A DNA stretch of 64,000 bases, taken from assembly GCA_963422365.1 (NCBI GenBank), contig OY729426.1:1856001-1920000 (forward strand), read 5' to 3'. The notes under the pieces were generated by a model, which had not been told where the DNA came from, did not search any database, and saw nothing but the letters and a program-made list of their open reading frames with translations. The position numbers and the translations under genes were made by a program. Positions 49,784-60,644 of the stretch are shown here, one piece after another. The DNA comes from Nitrospirales bacterium. GTDB lineage: Bacteria > Nitrospirota > Nitrospiria > Nitrospirales > UBA8639. The first letter of the stretch is position 1. Every line of letters begins with the position of its first letter.

Positions 49784-50149
49784 TTAAGGGAAAATTGGAG
49801 TGGCACGAGATTCGAGTTGACGGGGAGGAAGATCGTGTCCCGGCATGAGCAGACGTTCAACCAATTCACCCTTGACCACGTGTCGTTCCATAATTTCAGT
49901 GACGTCGGCTTCACTCCCAATCCAATACCAGACACCTTCCGGATAAATCACAATGCTGGGGCCATATTCGCAATGATCCAAGCAGCCTGCCTTGTTCGCG
50001 CGGACCAAGCTTTTGAGCCCGAGTCGCTGGACTTCTTGTTTGAAGAATGCATGAAGTTCCGCGGATCGGCTGTCGGCACAGCACCCTCTCGGGTCGCCTT
50101 TGGGCCGTTGATTAATGCAGATGAAAATATGATGCTTGAATCCACTCAT
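49784..50149 (-). CDS. Thioredoxin-like [2Fe-2S] ferredoxin
   Basis: HHIFICINQR..GCC..AGCLDHCEYGP..YPEGVWY. Confidence 0.92.
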   Translation of the reverse strand: MSGFKHHIFICINQRPKGDPRGCCADSRSAELHAFFKQEVQRLGLKSLVRANKAGCLDHCEYGPSIVIYPEGVWYWIGSEADVTEIMERHVVKGELVERLLMPGHDLPPRQLESRATPIFP

Positions 50150-50318
50150 GAGAGCATTCTTTGCCAACTTCCGCTTCGAATTATAGAAAATTATAGTACA
50201 GGATGGTTCTTTTCCATGTCCAGTATTATGCAGTAATCGATAAAAGAAAATGCGCTGCGCGAAAACCCTTCGGGTATGCCAGGGTATTGATCACAGGAAC
50301 AAAAACTGCCAAATCGAG

Positions 50319-50765
50319 ATGAAAGTCGGAATTCCTCAAGATCGGAGAGACTATGAATTTCGAATAGCCTTGACACTGAAAAGGGTTGATGAACTCATAC
50401 GGAATGGCCATGAGGTGTGGATCGAAACCAATGCTGGTCTCTTTGGCCATGGTCGCGACGATGAAAAAAGGAACGTTGATCAGGGAGGATGCGTTGAAAC
50501 GACAAGGCCGACAATGCATGCTGACCCTCTGTTCGCGGTAGATGAGTCCAGCATGACGGTGTGACAAATATTCCTGGCATTGTGCTACAAACTGTCACCT
50601 ATGCCTTGACCCACGCCACGCTACACTTTTATAGTCCCGTTGGCCAACAGGGGAATCGAATCGTCCCTCCATGCTGATCTAGGGGTCGCCCGAGGGGGAA
50701 CGAATATTCGTCGTGGGGTGATTACCTGCCCAGCAGTCGCTGAGGCTTCATGGATTATCCTGTGA
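50319..50765 (+). pseudogene. ald: Alanine dehydrogenase pseudogene with large internal deletion
   Basis: N-terminus MKVGIP..EFRIALT..GHEVWIETNAG joined to C-terminal AMVATMKKG/VDQGGCVETTRPT/GVTNIPG..TYALTHAT/LANRG..ITCPAVAEA across frameshifts. Confidence 0.85.
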
Positions 50766-50803
50766 ACCTCTTGACTAGAGAGATTCAACAAAAGGAATGT
50801 TGT

Positions 50804-50881
<78 letters not shown>

Positions 50882-50976
50882 TCCTTCCTTCATGACTTGA
50901 TGGGCCGTGCTCAGAATTTCCCCAAACTCGTGCAAGACTCCTTGCCTGTTTATCACAACATCAGAAACCTCACCGG

Positions 50977-51633
50977 ATGAATTTTCTGTTTATCATTGGG
51001 ATCGGAATATTGGCGGGAGGGAGTGCTCTACTTTGGTGGCGTCTCAGATCACTGACACAAAAGGTCGAACAATTCACGCGCCACGAGTATTATCATCAGA
51101 GCGAACGACGGGAAATGGCCCGTCAACAGTCTGAATCGCTCACAATCCTGCGATTGCAACTCGCTCAGTTGGCATCGGGCAAAGAACTTGACAGCACCCT
51201 GATTCAAACGGGGAGTCTGTATCACCAGGTGAGTGCGGATGAAGCACGGCAGATCATGGAACGCCATGCTGCGGTGACAAGCTCGGATCTGATCGTCGTG
51301 GATGTTCGGAGCCAAAAGGAATTTATCAAAAGCCATCTCCCAGGGGCTAAACATATTCCGCTCGAACACGTGGAAATGCGTTTTCAAGCTGAAGTCCCCA
51401 AGGAGGCAAAAAAAATTTTAGTCTACTGTTCTCAAGGTGAACGAAGCCGGTTAGCTTGTGACTTCTTGAGCCGAGAAGGATATACAACACTTGTGACCAT
51501 GCGGGATGGTTTTCACAAGTGGACGGGCCCGGTTCTCGGCACGGAGAGTCTCGAATTGGTCCAAATTCAGTCCAAGGCTCTGCATGCGCCATCCGACATC
51601 GTCCAAGAGAAAGGACACAGTCATAATGGCTGA
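50977..51633 (+). CDS. Membrane-anchored rhodanese-domain protein
   Basis: N-terminal TM; VVDVRS..EF..HLPGAKHIP; YCSQGERS active loop. Confidence 0.88.
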   Translation: MNFLFIIGIGILAGGSALLWWRLRSLTQKVEQFTRHEYYHQSERREMARQQSESLTILRLQLAQLASGKELDSTLIQTGSLYHQVSADEARQIMERHAAVTSSDLIVVDVRSQKEFIKSHLPGAKHIPLEHVEMRFQAEVPKEAKKILVYCSQGERSRLACDFLSREGYTTLVTMRDGFHKWTGPVLGTESLELVQIQSKALHAPSDIVQEKGHSHNG

Positions 51634-52033
51634 ACCGTATACCATCCTGAAGGTGATGGGGCCGTATCGTGAGCCGAGAGAGGCTGCTTTGTCTTTTGAT
51701 TATTCCGTCCAACGCCCGCATTGGGCGACTCCGCAGGGGGTACGAGTCAAGATCGCTCTCGAAGAAGAATTGGACCTGCTCAAGACGAAGATTTTACAGC
51801 TTTCAGGCGGAACGGCGGGTCAGCAACTTCGAGTCAATCAACTTCTCGGACGCGCGATTGGAGACCGTAAACTTGAAATCGCCAATGAAGAAAACTTATT
51901 TAATGACCGCAGGGATGTCATGCTTGACCCATTTACGGACTCGTTAGCCCACCTCTTTCCTCGTCTTGAATCTTGGATGAATCACGAACGCGACACCCTT
52001 CGTCAAGAAATCAAAGAAAAGGTCGGTCTGTAG
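51626..52033 (+). CDS. Conserved hypothetical protein
   Basis: AGGA RBS; ATG overlaps the end of the rhodanese gene. Confidence 0.7.
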   Translation: MAEPYTILKVMGPYREPREAALSFDYSVQRPHWATPQGVRVKIALEEELDLLKTKILQLSGGTAGQQLRVNQLLGRAIGDRKLEIANEENLFNDRRDVMLDPFTDSLAHLFPRLESWMNHERDTLRQEIKEKVGL

Positions 52034-52242
52034 CTTTTAAATTTTTCTCAAATCCAGCCATTTTTCACGCCTGCCGGATGGTAGGCGTGCGACGTTCTGC
52101 AAGGCCAAACGAACGTCACGCGCCAAGAAAAAAGAAGTGCGATCTTGCAGGAGACTGCGGCAAAACCCCTGCGCTCAAATTATATGAACGGAGGTGGCGC
52201 TGAAAAAATGTCGTAGATTTTCGGCAGAGCAAGGGGTGACCA

Positions 52243-52899
52243 TTAAAACAATGGTTCATACCGTCGTGAGTAAAGGCCCGTGGCTTTTTCTCCAAATCCT
52301 AAGGAGGCGTGTTCAGGTTGACTTTTCTGATTGAGATTGACGGCGTAGTGTCCTCGAACCTGTTCCATGGCTATTTCGTACGGAATGGTGCTCTGATAAA
52401 AATCACCAGGTGTCTGTGCCCCAACAGATAGAATTTCAATAGCCTCAGGAACTGCATACGTCGGATCGGAAAAGATGAAAATATCAGCGACGGCAAATTC
52501 ACCCAGAGCGTTCCCTGGCGTGGTAGCGGGAATTTGTGAAGAAAGAGATCCATCCTTTCGTGACTGTTTCAGGTGATTGAGTAAGGCCACTATTTGACTG
52601 TCGGTGGTTTGTTGAGGAACAAGCAGGCTTAGGGTATTCATTCCTCTAACATGAGCCGTGACTTTAATCGAGGGCACAGGTGTCGATTGGGCTTCTTTGA
52701 GTAAGAGTGCCAGTTCTTTCGATTGGGCTTCATTCCCCTGTGGGGGATGAATATCTTTGGATTTTGGAATAATCGCTTGAATAAACAGCCAGAGTCCAAT
52801 GATCACCGCAAAGATAACAATCACTGGATGTAGCCCAACGCGCTTGGTCTGTTCGTGTGGATCTGAGTTATTCATGGTCTTGGGCATATTCCTGGACAT
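52243..52899 (-). CDS. Hypothetical membrane-anchored protein
   Basis: Single TM VIVIFAVIIGLWLFI; co-oriented with mazG. Confidence 0.7.
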   Translation of the reverse strand: MSRNMPKTMNNSDPHEQTKRVGLHPVIVIFAVIIGLWLFIQAIIPKSKDIHPPQGNEAQSKELALLLKEAQSTPVPSIKVTAHVRGMNTLSLLVPQQTTDSQIVALLNHLKQSRKDGSLSSQIPATTPGNALGEFAVADIFIFSDPTYAVPEAIEILSVGAQTPGDFYQSTIPYEIAMEQVRGHYAVNLNQKSQPEHASLGFGEKATGLYSRRYEPLF

Positions 52900-52917
52900 G
52901 ATCTCGGGTTTTGAGAG

Positions 52918-53760
52918 TCATGGCAGCCTTGAGAGATTTGCTTTTTCCTGACTCTTGGCAGCTTCCCATAAGGTTTCCCATTCCACCGCGGTCATCGCTT
53001 GAAGGTCTTTTCCTTCTTGAGCCATGTGCTGTTCCATATACTGAAACCTCGTGAGAAAACGGTTATTGGCCTTTCGAAGGGCTTCCTCAGGATTGATTTG
53101 TAAAAATCGTGCCGCGTTGACGATGGTGAATAACACGTCCCCCAACTCGTGTTCAATAGCCGCGTGTGTTCCTGATTGTTGAAGAACAGGATTGGGGGCG
53201 GGGGGTTGGGTGGCTGCTGTTCGTAGTTCCTCTAATTCTTCGTTAAGCTTTTCAAGAACCTGTCCCGGGGTTTCCCAGTCAAAACCAATACGTGAAGCTC
53301 GTGTTTGAATTTGATACGCCCGTAACAGGGACGGGAGGGAAGCAGGGACCCCTGTCAAAATCGAGTCAGATTTGGTCGAATATTCGGCTCGTTTGATGGC
53401 CTCCCATTGATTGATGACTTGTCCGTAATTGAGTTTCGGTTTCTCCTCAGATTGGGCCGTAAAGACATGGGGATGACGTCTGATGAGTTTCTGGGTCAAA
53501 TCGGTGACCACATCTTCGATGCTAAATGTATTCTGCTCGAACTCAATGCGGGCATGAAACAGAATTTGGAGCAAGAGATCCCCAAGCTCTTCGCGTAGGT
53601 GTTGGGGGTCTTGTGTGTCAAGAGCCTCAAGGACCTCATACGCTTCTTCCAATAAAAAAGGCTTAAGGGACTCGTGGGTCTGCTTTAAATCCCATGGGCA
53701 TCCCTCGGGAGAGCGAAGCCGGGCGACAACCTTGACAAGATCGTTAAAGGCCTGAGACAT
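52918..53760 (-). CDS. mazG: Nucleoside triphosphate pyrophosphohydrolase
   Basis: GCPWDLKQT, EEAYE, EELGDLLLQ, RRHPHVF, ELGDVLF. Confidence 0.96.
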   Translation of the reverse strand: MSQAFNDLVKVVARLRSPEGCPWDLKQTHESLKPFLLEEAYEVLEALDTQDPQHLREELGDLLLQILFHARIEFEQNTFSIEDVVTDLTQKLIRRHPHVFTAQSEEKPKLNYGQVINQWEAIKRAEYSTKSDSILTGVPASLPSLLRAYQIQTRASRIGFDWETPGQVLEKLNEELEELRTAATQPPAPNPVLQQSGTHAAIEHELGDVLFTIVNAARFLQINPEEALRKANNRFLTRFQYMEQHMAQEGKDLQAMTAVEWETLWEAAKSQEKANLSRLP

Positions 53761-53809
53761 GAGGACTTCCGCTCTGCTTCGGCGATACGCGAATGCTCAT
53801 ATTTGTCGC

Positions 53810-53872
53810 GGTGCCTTCTCTAGGCCGCATACGGCATGTTCTGGGCCATGACCCGGGATGCGGCCCTCCACA
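53810..53872. repeat. Second copy of a dispersed ~55-bp intergenic repeat
   Basis: Manual alignment to 38925-38980 gives 46 of 56 identical positions, including GGCCATGACCCGGGATG. Confidence 0.7.
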
Positions 53873-54031
53873 TACGTTCGTAAGATGCGGCGATTCCAGA
53901 GAACTGATTGTCGCGCATCAAGTTTGCGTGTTGTCTAGAATAACCGGTTTTCTCGTCTGCTTCAATCAACTTCTCGGCTTGCGAGGCTGTTGGGATTGTG
54001 GTACTCTTATGCTTAAATCTGAGTAAGGGCT

Positions 54032-54439
54032 ATGGCTGAAACTCTAGGATCAGGATTTGTGATCCGCGATAAGCGGGGTCACCCGAAAGAAGAACCGGCT
54101 TCCGAGTCCGTTGAAGAAACAGCCTCTTCCTCGGCTATGAAGCCTTCGTCATCCGGCTCAGAGCCTTCCCACGCAGGACCTCCACTTTCCTTTTCCACCT
54201 TTATTTTTTCGTTAGGCACATCAGCGTTGATGTTGATGGGAGAGCAGTTATCGCCGGAGAACCCCTCCCTTCCGGTTAATCTACCGCAAGCTAAAGAAAT
54301 TATTGATATTCTTTCCATATTAGAAGAAAAAACGAAAGGAAATCTTACCAAAGAAGAGACGGACGTCATTCGCGATATGTTGTACACGTTGCAGATGAAA
54401 TATGTTGAGTTAGCTTCAGGTTTCTCTTCATCCACATAA
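54032..54439 (+). CDS. DUF1844-domain protein
   Basis: FSTFIFSLGTSALMLMG..AKEIIDIL..KTKGNLT..EE..L..LQMKYV. Confidence 0.88.
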   Translation: MAETLGSGFVIRDKRGHPKEEPASESVEETASSSAMKPSSSGSEPSHAGPPLSFSTFIFSLGTSALMLMGEQLSPENPSLPVNLPQAKEIIDILSILEEKTKGNLTKEETDVIRDMLYTLQMKYVELASGFSSST

Positions 54440-54623
54440 TTTTTGTTGTTCCTGCCTTTTTTCCGTACACTGAGGCAAACGGCCTTGGGGAAAACCCTTA
54501 CTGTTTTGATCTGTGATTCTCCTGTTGATACGAGGAAACAGAAGGCGACAATTCCCTTATGTATCCGTTTGCGAATTCGTGATGTGTGCTTTCTCTATTC
54601 AGGGTCAGCTCTTCGACATCGTT

Positions 54624-56924
54624 ATGGCGACGTCTTCTAAATTGACTCCGCGTTTATTTCCTTCCACGAGGTTGCAGGAACGGCTTATTCGTGAGGATGA
54701 GCCTAGCCCTCAAGCTCAGAGCTTCCATTTGAAACCGGTCTGGATCGTCCTGCTCCTCTTGATTCCGTGTTTGTTCTTGACGATTTACTATGCACAGTAT
54801 GGAGGAATTGGAGGAAGGACGGCAGACTCGCTTCTTCCAAGCCCGAGTTACGCATTGGTTTTGTTACTGGTCTATTTAGACGTCGTCGGATTGGTTGTCC
54901 TTATCCTTTTATTATCTCGCAATTTAATTAAGGCCTATTTTGATCGACGACACCGACTGTTAGGGTCAGGATTTCGTGCTAAATTAATTGCCGCATTCAT
55001 TGGGTTTTCGTTGATCCCAACCCTGTTATTGGCGGTTATAGCCAGTGAGGTAATTAATGAAGTCATGAAAGTCTGGTTTAATAATCAGATCGAGGAAGTC
55101 CTGAAAGACTCCGAAGAATTATCCAGGATGTATCATGAAGGGCATACGACCTTGGCCATTCAGAGTGCCAGGGCCATTAGCAAAGAAATTTACCGCGAAG
55201 ATTTTTTGCGGCCAGGTTATCGTGAACGATTCATGGCTGCCGTGGCTCGGAAGCGCGCGGAATTTAACGTCGCAGGCGTAGAAGTATTTTCGTCGAAATT
55301 GGAGATGCTCGTTCGGATGATCGACCCAGAGTCGCCTGCCAAAATGTTCCGGTTGCCGGTTGTGCAACTCGTTCGTCAGGTTCTGGATTCGCATGATGAG
55401 ATGACCTCAGTGCAAGTCGCGCAAGCAGGACGGGTGATCCTTGCGGCGGTGCCGATTGCATCCAATACACAACCCGGAGGGATTAATGGAGTGGTGGTCG
55501 TCAAGACCTACGTCTCGGAATCGCTCTTGGCGAAAATGCAGGGCATTGCTCAACAATATACTGATTTCCGGCAGATGAAGGCTTTGGAAAATCCTATTAA
55601 GGCCGGGGCCTATTTATTTGTTGGGGTTTTCACCGTCTTGTTGTTGTTTAGCGCCACCTGGTTTGGATTTTATGTGGCAAGAAGTATCACTGTGCCGATT
55701 CAGAAATTGGCTGAAGGGACCGAAGCCGTAGCCCGCGGAAATCTCAATATAAGAATTGCCGTCAATGCAACCGATGAGATCGGGACGTTGATCGAATCGT
55801 TTAATCGAATGACGGCGGATTTATCAAACAACAAAGTCAAATTGGAAGAAGCCAATCAATCTCTCATGCAATCAAATGTCGAAACTGATCGTCGGCGAGC
55901 GTATACGGAAGCCGTGGTAGACACGATTGCTTCAGGCGTGATGTCTATTGATACGCATGACACGATTACCACGTTCAATCATTCCGCTGAACGGATTTTA
56001 GGGGTGGGAGGGGAGGCCATCCGTGGGCATGTGGTGTTTGATGTCTTTAAATCCCATCAATTCACATTATTTCAAGAGGCCTATGATAAGATGTTACGTG
56101 ATGGCCAGGACAGTCTCACGCTTGAAGGACAAATAGAGGTGCAGGGGAAGCTCCTCACTATGGGCCTGAATCTTTCCCGAATGAGAAATGAGGCAGGAAA
56201 AGATTTAGGGTTTGTGCTTGTCTTTGAAGATCGGACCGAATTGATTAAGGCGCAAAAAACCGCAGCCTGGCAAGAAGTGGCACAACGGATTGCGCATGAA
56301 ATCAAAAACCCTCTTACGCCTATTCAACTGGCGGCACAGCGGTTACGAAAAAAGTTTTTTGAAGGGTCTCCTGAGTTTAAAACTATTTTTGATCAATCGA
56401 CGAACGTCATCGTGAATGAGGTGGGAAGTTTAAAGCGAATGGTGGATGAATTTTCAAAATTTGCCAGAATGCCTGCTCCGCATATGACGAAAGAAGCGTT
56501 GCACGATATCATTGAAAAAGTATGTGCGCTGTATCGGGGTGGGCATCATGAGGTTGAGTTTGTTTCGGCCTTTGATTCCTCTGTCCCGGATATCAAGATC
56601 GACAAGGAACAAATGCGTCGTATGTTTGTGAATTTGTTTGATAATGCCGTTCAAGCGATGAAGCAGAAAGGTCATATCTGGATCGCCACGAAAATGGATT
56701 GGAAGCACCAACGGGTTCGAATCACGGTGGCCGATGAGGGGCAGGGCATTCCTCAAGGAGATCAGGGAAAATTATTTATCCCGTATTTTTCACGAAAACG
56801 AACGGGAACCGGACTTGGACTGGCGATTGTCCATCGAATTGTGACGGATCATAATGGGACGATCCAGGTCTCCAATCGTCACCCCAATGGAGCCGTGTTT
56901 AGTATCGAACTTCCTGTCACCTAA
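54624..56924 (+). CDS. ntrY: NtrY-like PAS/HAMP sensor histidine kinase
   Basis: GSGFRAKL, HAMP, PAS, AWQEVAQRIAHEIKNPLTPIQL, GTGLGL. Confidence 0.9.
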   Translation: MATSSKLTPRLFPSTRLQERLIREDEPSPQAQSFHLKPVWIVLLLLIPCLFLTIYYAQYGGIGGRTADSLLPSPSYALVLLLVYLDVVGLVVLILLLSRNLIKAYFDRRHRLLGSGFRAKLIAAFIGFSLIPTLLLAVIASEVINEVMKVWFNNQIEEVLKDSEELSRMYHEGHTTLAIQSARAISKEIYREDFLRPGYRERFMAAVARKRAEFNVAGVEVFSSKLEMLVRMIDPESPAKMFRLPVVQLVRQVLDSHDEMTSVQVAQAGRVILAAVPIASNTQPGGINGVVVVKTYVSESLLAKMQGIAQQYTDFRQMKALENPIKAGAYLFVGVFTVLLLFSATWFGFYVARSITVPIQKLAEGTEAVARGNLNIRIAVNATDEIGTLIESFNRMTADLSNNKVKLEEANQSLMQSNVETDRRRAYTEAVVDTIASGVMSIDTHDTITTFNHSAERILGVGGEAIRGHVVFDVFKSHQFTLFQEAYDKMLRDGQDSLTLEGQIEVQGKLLTMGLNLSRMRNEAGKDLGFVLVFEDRTELIKAQKTAAWQEVAQRIAHEIKNPLTPIQLAAQRLRKKFFEGSPEFKTIFDQSTNVIVNEVGSLKRMVDEFSKFARMPAPHMTKEALHDIIEKVCALYRGGHHEVEFVSAFDSSVPDIKIDKEQMRRMFVNLFDNAVQAMKQKGHIWIATKMDWKHQRVRITVADEGQGIPQGDQGKLFIPYFSRKRTGTGLGLAIVHRIVTDHNGTIQVSNRHPNGAVFSIELPVT

Positions 56925-57044
56925 TGCCCCAAGACGGTGCATGAAGTCACCATGCCTCCTGCGGTAGATTCACCCCAAACCTTTTCGTGACGAATGACCT
57001 TCTGGCTCGTGATCGATCACTCGTCATAACTTGGAGGAATAGGA

Positions 57045-58421
57045 ATGTCCGGCACGATCTGTCTCGTTGATGATGAACCGTCTATCTTGAATACCTTAAG
57101 TAGTATTTTGGAAGACGAGGGGTATCAAGTCATGGTCGCGAAAACCGGTGAGGAGGCCTTAAAAGTCATTCAAATGGAGCCACCGGATATCGTGATCCTT
57201 GATATTTGGATGCCGGAACTCGATGGCTTAGAGGTTTTAAAACGTGTACGCGAGCAATTTCCAAATATGATGGTCATTATGATGTCCGGACATGGCTCCG
57301 TTGAAACTGCAGTGAAAGCGACAAAACTCGGTGCGTATGACTACTTGGAAAAACCGCTGGACCTCGAAAAAGTCGCTATCCTGGTACGTAATGCTCTGCA
57401 CCAACGCAAGCTGGAAGAAGAAAACAGCAACCTCCGCGTTAAGGTTGAGCGGCATTCGAAACTCGTTGGAGCTTCTTCCGTTATGGAGAAGCTTCGACAG
57501 CAAATTGCGGCGGCGGCGCCAAGCCAGAGTCGTGTCCTGATTTCCGGGGAAAATGGTACGGGGAAGGAACTGGTGGCCCGGGCCATCCATTTTCAAAGTC
57601 TTCGACCTCATTGCCCTTTTGTTGAAGTCAACTGCGCCGCAATCCCTGAGACGCTGATTGAGACAGAGTTATTCGGACATGAACGCGGTGCGTTTACAGG
57701 CGCTGTTTCTCGAAAACGTGGAAAATTTGATTTGGCAGACGGCGGCACTCTGTTTCTTGACGAAATTGGCGATATGAGTTTGGCCACTCAGGCGAAGGTC
57801 CTTCGCGTATTAGAAGAACAACAATTTACCCGAGTGGGCGGGGGGAACCTGATTAAAGTCAACGTCCGTGTCGTCGCAGCGTCCAATAAAAATTTTCGCC
57901 AAGAAATTGAAAAAGGGAATTTTCGCGAAGATTTGTTTTATCGGTTAAACGTTTTGCCGATAGAAGTGCCGCCGCTTCGCACCAGACGTGAAGATATTCC
58001 GGCTCTCACGCGGCATTTTTTAAAGATTCATGCAGAAGAGCAGGGGGTGAAGTTGAAAGAAATCACTCCGGGAGCCCTGGATGCATTGGTGCATCATGAA
58101 TGGCCGGGCAATATTCGAGAGCTTCGCAATCAAGTCGAGCGCCTGATGATTATGGTGCCCAAAAACACCATAGAAATGGCCGACATACTACCGTTTATGC
58201 CAACAAGAGGGGGCGAAGGTTCAGTGAACCGAGTCAATCCGATGGGGGCATATGATTCCTTGCGTGATGCTCGGAATGCGTTTGAACGCGAGTATATTGC
58301 GATTCGTTTGCGAGAGAATAGTTGGAACGTCTCAAAGACCGCCGACGACTTGAAAATCGAACGAAGTCACTTGCATCGAAAAATTAAACTTCTGAACGTG
58401 GAACTTCGTTCAGAAAACTGA
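57045..58421 (+). CDS. ntrX: NtrX-like sigma54-dependent response regulator
   Basis: REC domain (LDIWMP), [21 protein letters not shown], Fis-type HTH. Confidence 0.92.
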   Translation: MSGTICLVDDEPSILNTLSSILEDEGYQVMVAKTGEEALKVIQMEPPDIVILDIWMPELDGLEVLKRVREQFPNMMVIMMSGHGSVETAVKATKLGAYDYLEKPLDLEKVAILVRNALHQRKLEEENSNLRVKVERHSKLVGASSVMEKLRQQIAAAAPSQSRVLISGENGTGKELVARAIHFQSLRPHCPFVEVNCAAIPETLIETELFGHERGAFTGAVSRKRGKFDLADGGTLFLDEIGDMSLATQAKVLRVLEEQQFTRVGGGNLIKVNVRVVAASNKNFRQEIEKGNFREDLFYRLNVLPIEVPPLRTRREDIPALTRHFLKIHAEEQGVKLKEITPGALDALVHHEWPGNIRELRNQVERLMIMVPKNTIEMADILPFMPTRGGEGSVNRVNPMGAYDSLRDARNAFEREYIAIRLRENSWNVSKTADDLKIERSHLHRKIKLLNVELRSEN

Positions 58422-58441
58422 TTGCCGCGTCTGCTTGCCGT

Positions 58442-59764
58442 ATGTCAACGTGTGACTCTCTCACCATAGAATGTGTCGTTGCAGGTGGATGGGGGTTGTC
58501 GCGCGTCGGATCCATGGTCACGTTCATCCGAGGTGGATTGCCTGGCGAGGTGGTCACGGTGACTTCCAACGAACGGCATTCCGATTATCAGTTCGCAACC
58601 CTCAATGAAGTTCTCGTCGCATCACCCCATCGCATTCAGGCTCCGTGTGCCGTCTATGAAGACTGTGGAGGCTGTCAATTTCAGCATGTTCGCTATGAGG
58701 TGCAATTGCAGTACAAACAGCGCGTGCTGGAAGAATCGTTCTCCCGTATCGGTCAAATCCAGCAGGCGATCTTTCAAGATCCCGTTCCTTCCCCCTTTCC
58801 CTATGAATACCGACAAAGAATTCGCTTCAGGGTGTTTCAGCATCATACGACCTTTCATCTCGGATTTGTGCAGGAACGATCGCATAGACCGGTAAGGGGA
58901 GTGGGCTGCCTCTTGATTTCGAAGCCCATGGGGAAGGTTATTGAACACGTTGATGGGCAGTTAGCCCGTCAGCGCCGATTACCCGCGTTTCTCTCACACG
59001 TGGAAATTCGATCCTCGGGCGCGTTCGGGACGCATCTGATTCTGTGCACGGTGCCCCGTGCGACGAAAAAACAAGCACACGAACTGTTAGAATTGTTTGA
59101 GGGTATTCCTACTGTGGTCGGGTGCGTGCTGATCTCCTCTTCCGTGACAACGTCTCAAAAAAGGCACGTGCGGCGAGTCGTCCGAGGTGCCCCCTATCTG
59201 TTTGAACAATTTCAGGATATGACCATTCGGGTCAGCGACCGATCGTTTATGCAAGCGAATTGGGCGGTCTATTCGATTATTTTTCAAACGTTGGCGGATT
59301 GGATGAATGGACAAGATCGACAAACTCGCGTACTTGAATTATATGCCGGGGTCGGATGCGTGGGATTGGGTTTGGCCAAAAGAGGGGCTCTCGTCACGGA
59401 AGTTGAGGAAAATCCCTATGCCGTGGCTGATGCCAAACAATCAGCATCTCAAAACCATATTGGGCGTTACCGCGTGCGGACGGCAAAGGTTGAAGACTTT
59501 TTGGAGACGGTGGCTTCCCACGCCTATGACGTGATCGTCATGGATCCACCGCGAACGGGACTAAGCCGACGTTGCGTCGAGTCCTTGGGACGTATCCAGG
59601 TACCCCGCATGCTTTATCTTTCGTGCGACACCGCCTCCTTGGCGCGTGATCTCAAACGGCTTTGCACCACTCAGTATCGCATCCATCGTGTGCAAGTGTT
59701 TGATATGTTCCCACAAACCGCACAGATCGAAACCCTGGTGGAACTTGTCCATGCCGAGTTTTGA
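58442..59764 (+). CDS. rlmD: 23S rRNA (uracil-C5)-methyltransferase RlmD-like
   Basis: TRAM, CGGCQFQH, SFMQAN, DPPRTGL, YLSCD, DMFPQT. Confidence 0.9.
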   Translation: MSTCDSLTIECVVAGGWGLSRVGSMVTFIRGGLPGEVVTVTSNERHSDYQFATLNEVLVASPHRIQAPCAVYEDCGGCQFQHVRYEVQLQYKQRVLEESFSRIGQIQQAIFQDPVPSPFPYEYRQRIRFRVFQHHTTFHLGFVQERSHRPVRGVGCLLISKPMGKVIEHVDGQLARQRRLPAFLSHVEIRSSGAFGTHLILCTVPRATKKQAHELLELFEGIPTVVGCVLISSSVTTSQKRHVRRVVRGAPYLFEQFQDMTIRVSDRSFMQANWAVYSIIFQTLADWMNGQDRQTRVLELYAGVGCVGLGLAKRGALVTEVEENPYAVADAKQSASQNHIGRYRVRTAKVEDFLETVASHAYDVIVMDPPRTGLSRRCVESLGRIQVPRMLYLSCDTASLARDLKRLCTTQYRIHRVQVFDMFPQTAQIETLVELVHAEF

Positions 59765-59803
59765 TTTTCGAATCAACGAGTCATTGTGCATCGAGATGGC
59801 GCC

Positions 59804-60430
59804 ATGAGTGTGCTTCGGCTAGGCGTGCTTGTCTCAGGAAGAGGGTCTAATCTGCAAGCCATTATTGAAGAGATCGGAGCGGGAACCGTAAGGGCGGAGA
59901 TTGCGGTCGTGATCAGCAATAAACAACAGGCCCCGGCATTGGAGCATGCGGAACGCCACGGGCTGCCAACGGTTTTTCTTGATCCAAAGTCAGTGGCAGG
60001 CACGTCCGATACTCGGCAAGCCTATGACCAAAAAATTGTAGAGACGTTGAAGCAATACCAGGTCCAGTTAGTGGTGTTGGCAGGGTATATGAAAATTCTT
60101 ACCTCGGGGCTCATCGATTCGTACAAATCGCGAATCATGAACATCCATCCTTCTCTTCTTCCGAGTTTTTCGGGCTTGCAGGCCCAGCAGCAAGCATTGG
60201 ACCATGGGGTGAAAGTATCTGGCTGCACCGTTCATTTTGTGACCAAAGACATGGATACGGGTCCCATCATTTTGCAACAAGCCGTGTCCGTGAAAGAAGA
60301 CGATACCGCAGAGACGTTATCCGAACGCATTCTAAAAGAAGAACATCGGCTTTTACCCCGGGCTATCCAGTTATTTGCAGAGGGACGACTGACTGTTGTG
60401 GGTCGGGTCGTCCACATCCATGATGCCTGA
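59804..60430 (+). CDS. purN: Phosphoribosylglycinamide formyltransferase
   Basis: SGRGSNLQA, LAGYMKIL, NIHPSLLP, GCTVHFV..DTGPII. Confidence 0.97.
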   Translation: MSVLRLGVLVSGRGSNLQAIIEEIGAGTVRAEIAVVISNKQQAPALEHAERHGLPTVFLDPKSVAGTSDTRQAYDQKIVETLKQYQVQLVVLAGYMKILTSGLIDSYKSRIMNIHPSLLPSFSGLQAQQQALDHGVKVSGCTVHFVTKDMDTGPIILQQAVSVKEDDTAETLSERILKEEHRLLPRAIQLFAEGRLTVVGRVVHIHDA

Positions 60431-60473
60431 CTGAATTGCAGGGCTTAGGTCCTTTTGATAGAGTGGCCGATGT

Positions 60474-60549
60474 GGGGGGCTAGCTCAGTTGGGAGAGCAC
60501 AACGTTCGCAACGTTGGGGTCGGGGGTTCAAGTCCCCTGCCCTCCACCA
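60474..60549 (+). tRNA. tRNA-Ala(CGC)
   Basis: Acceptor GGGGGGC/GCCCTCC with G3.U70, anticodon loop TTCGCAA, CCA. Confidence 0.96.
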
Positions 60550-60644
60550 AATTTCACCTTTGCCTGCGGAAACCTGTAATTTGTGAGCACCACGGCAAAG
60601 GATGGGTTGACGGAACCGGAGAAGAAAAATTTTTTACGATACTC

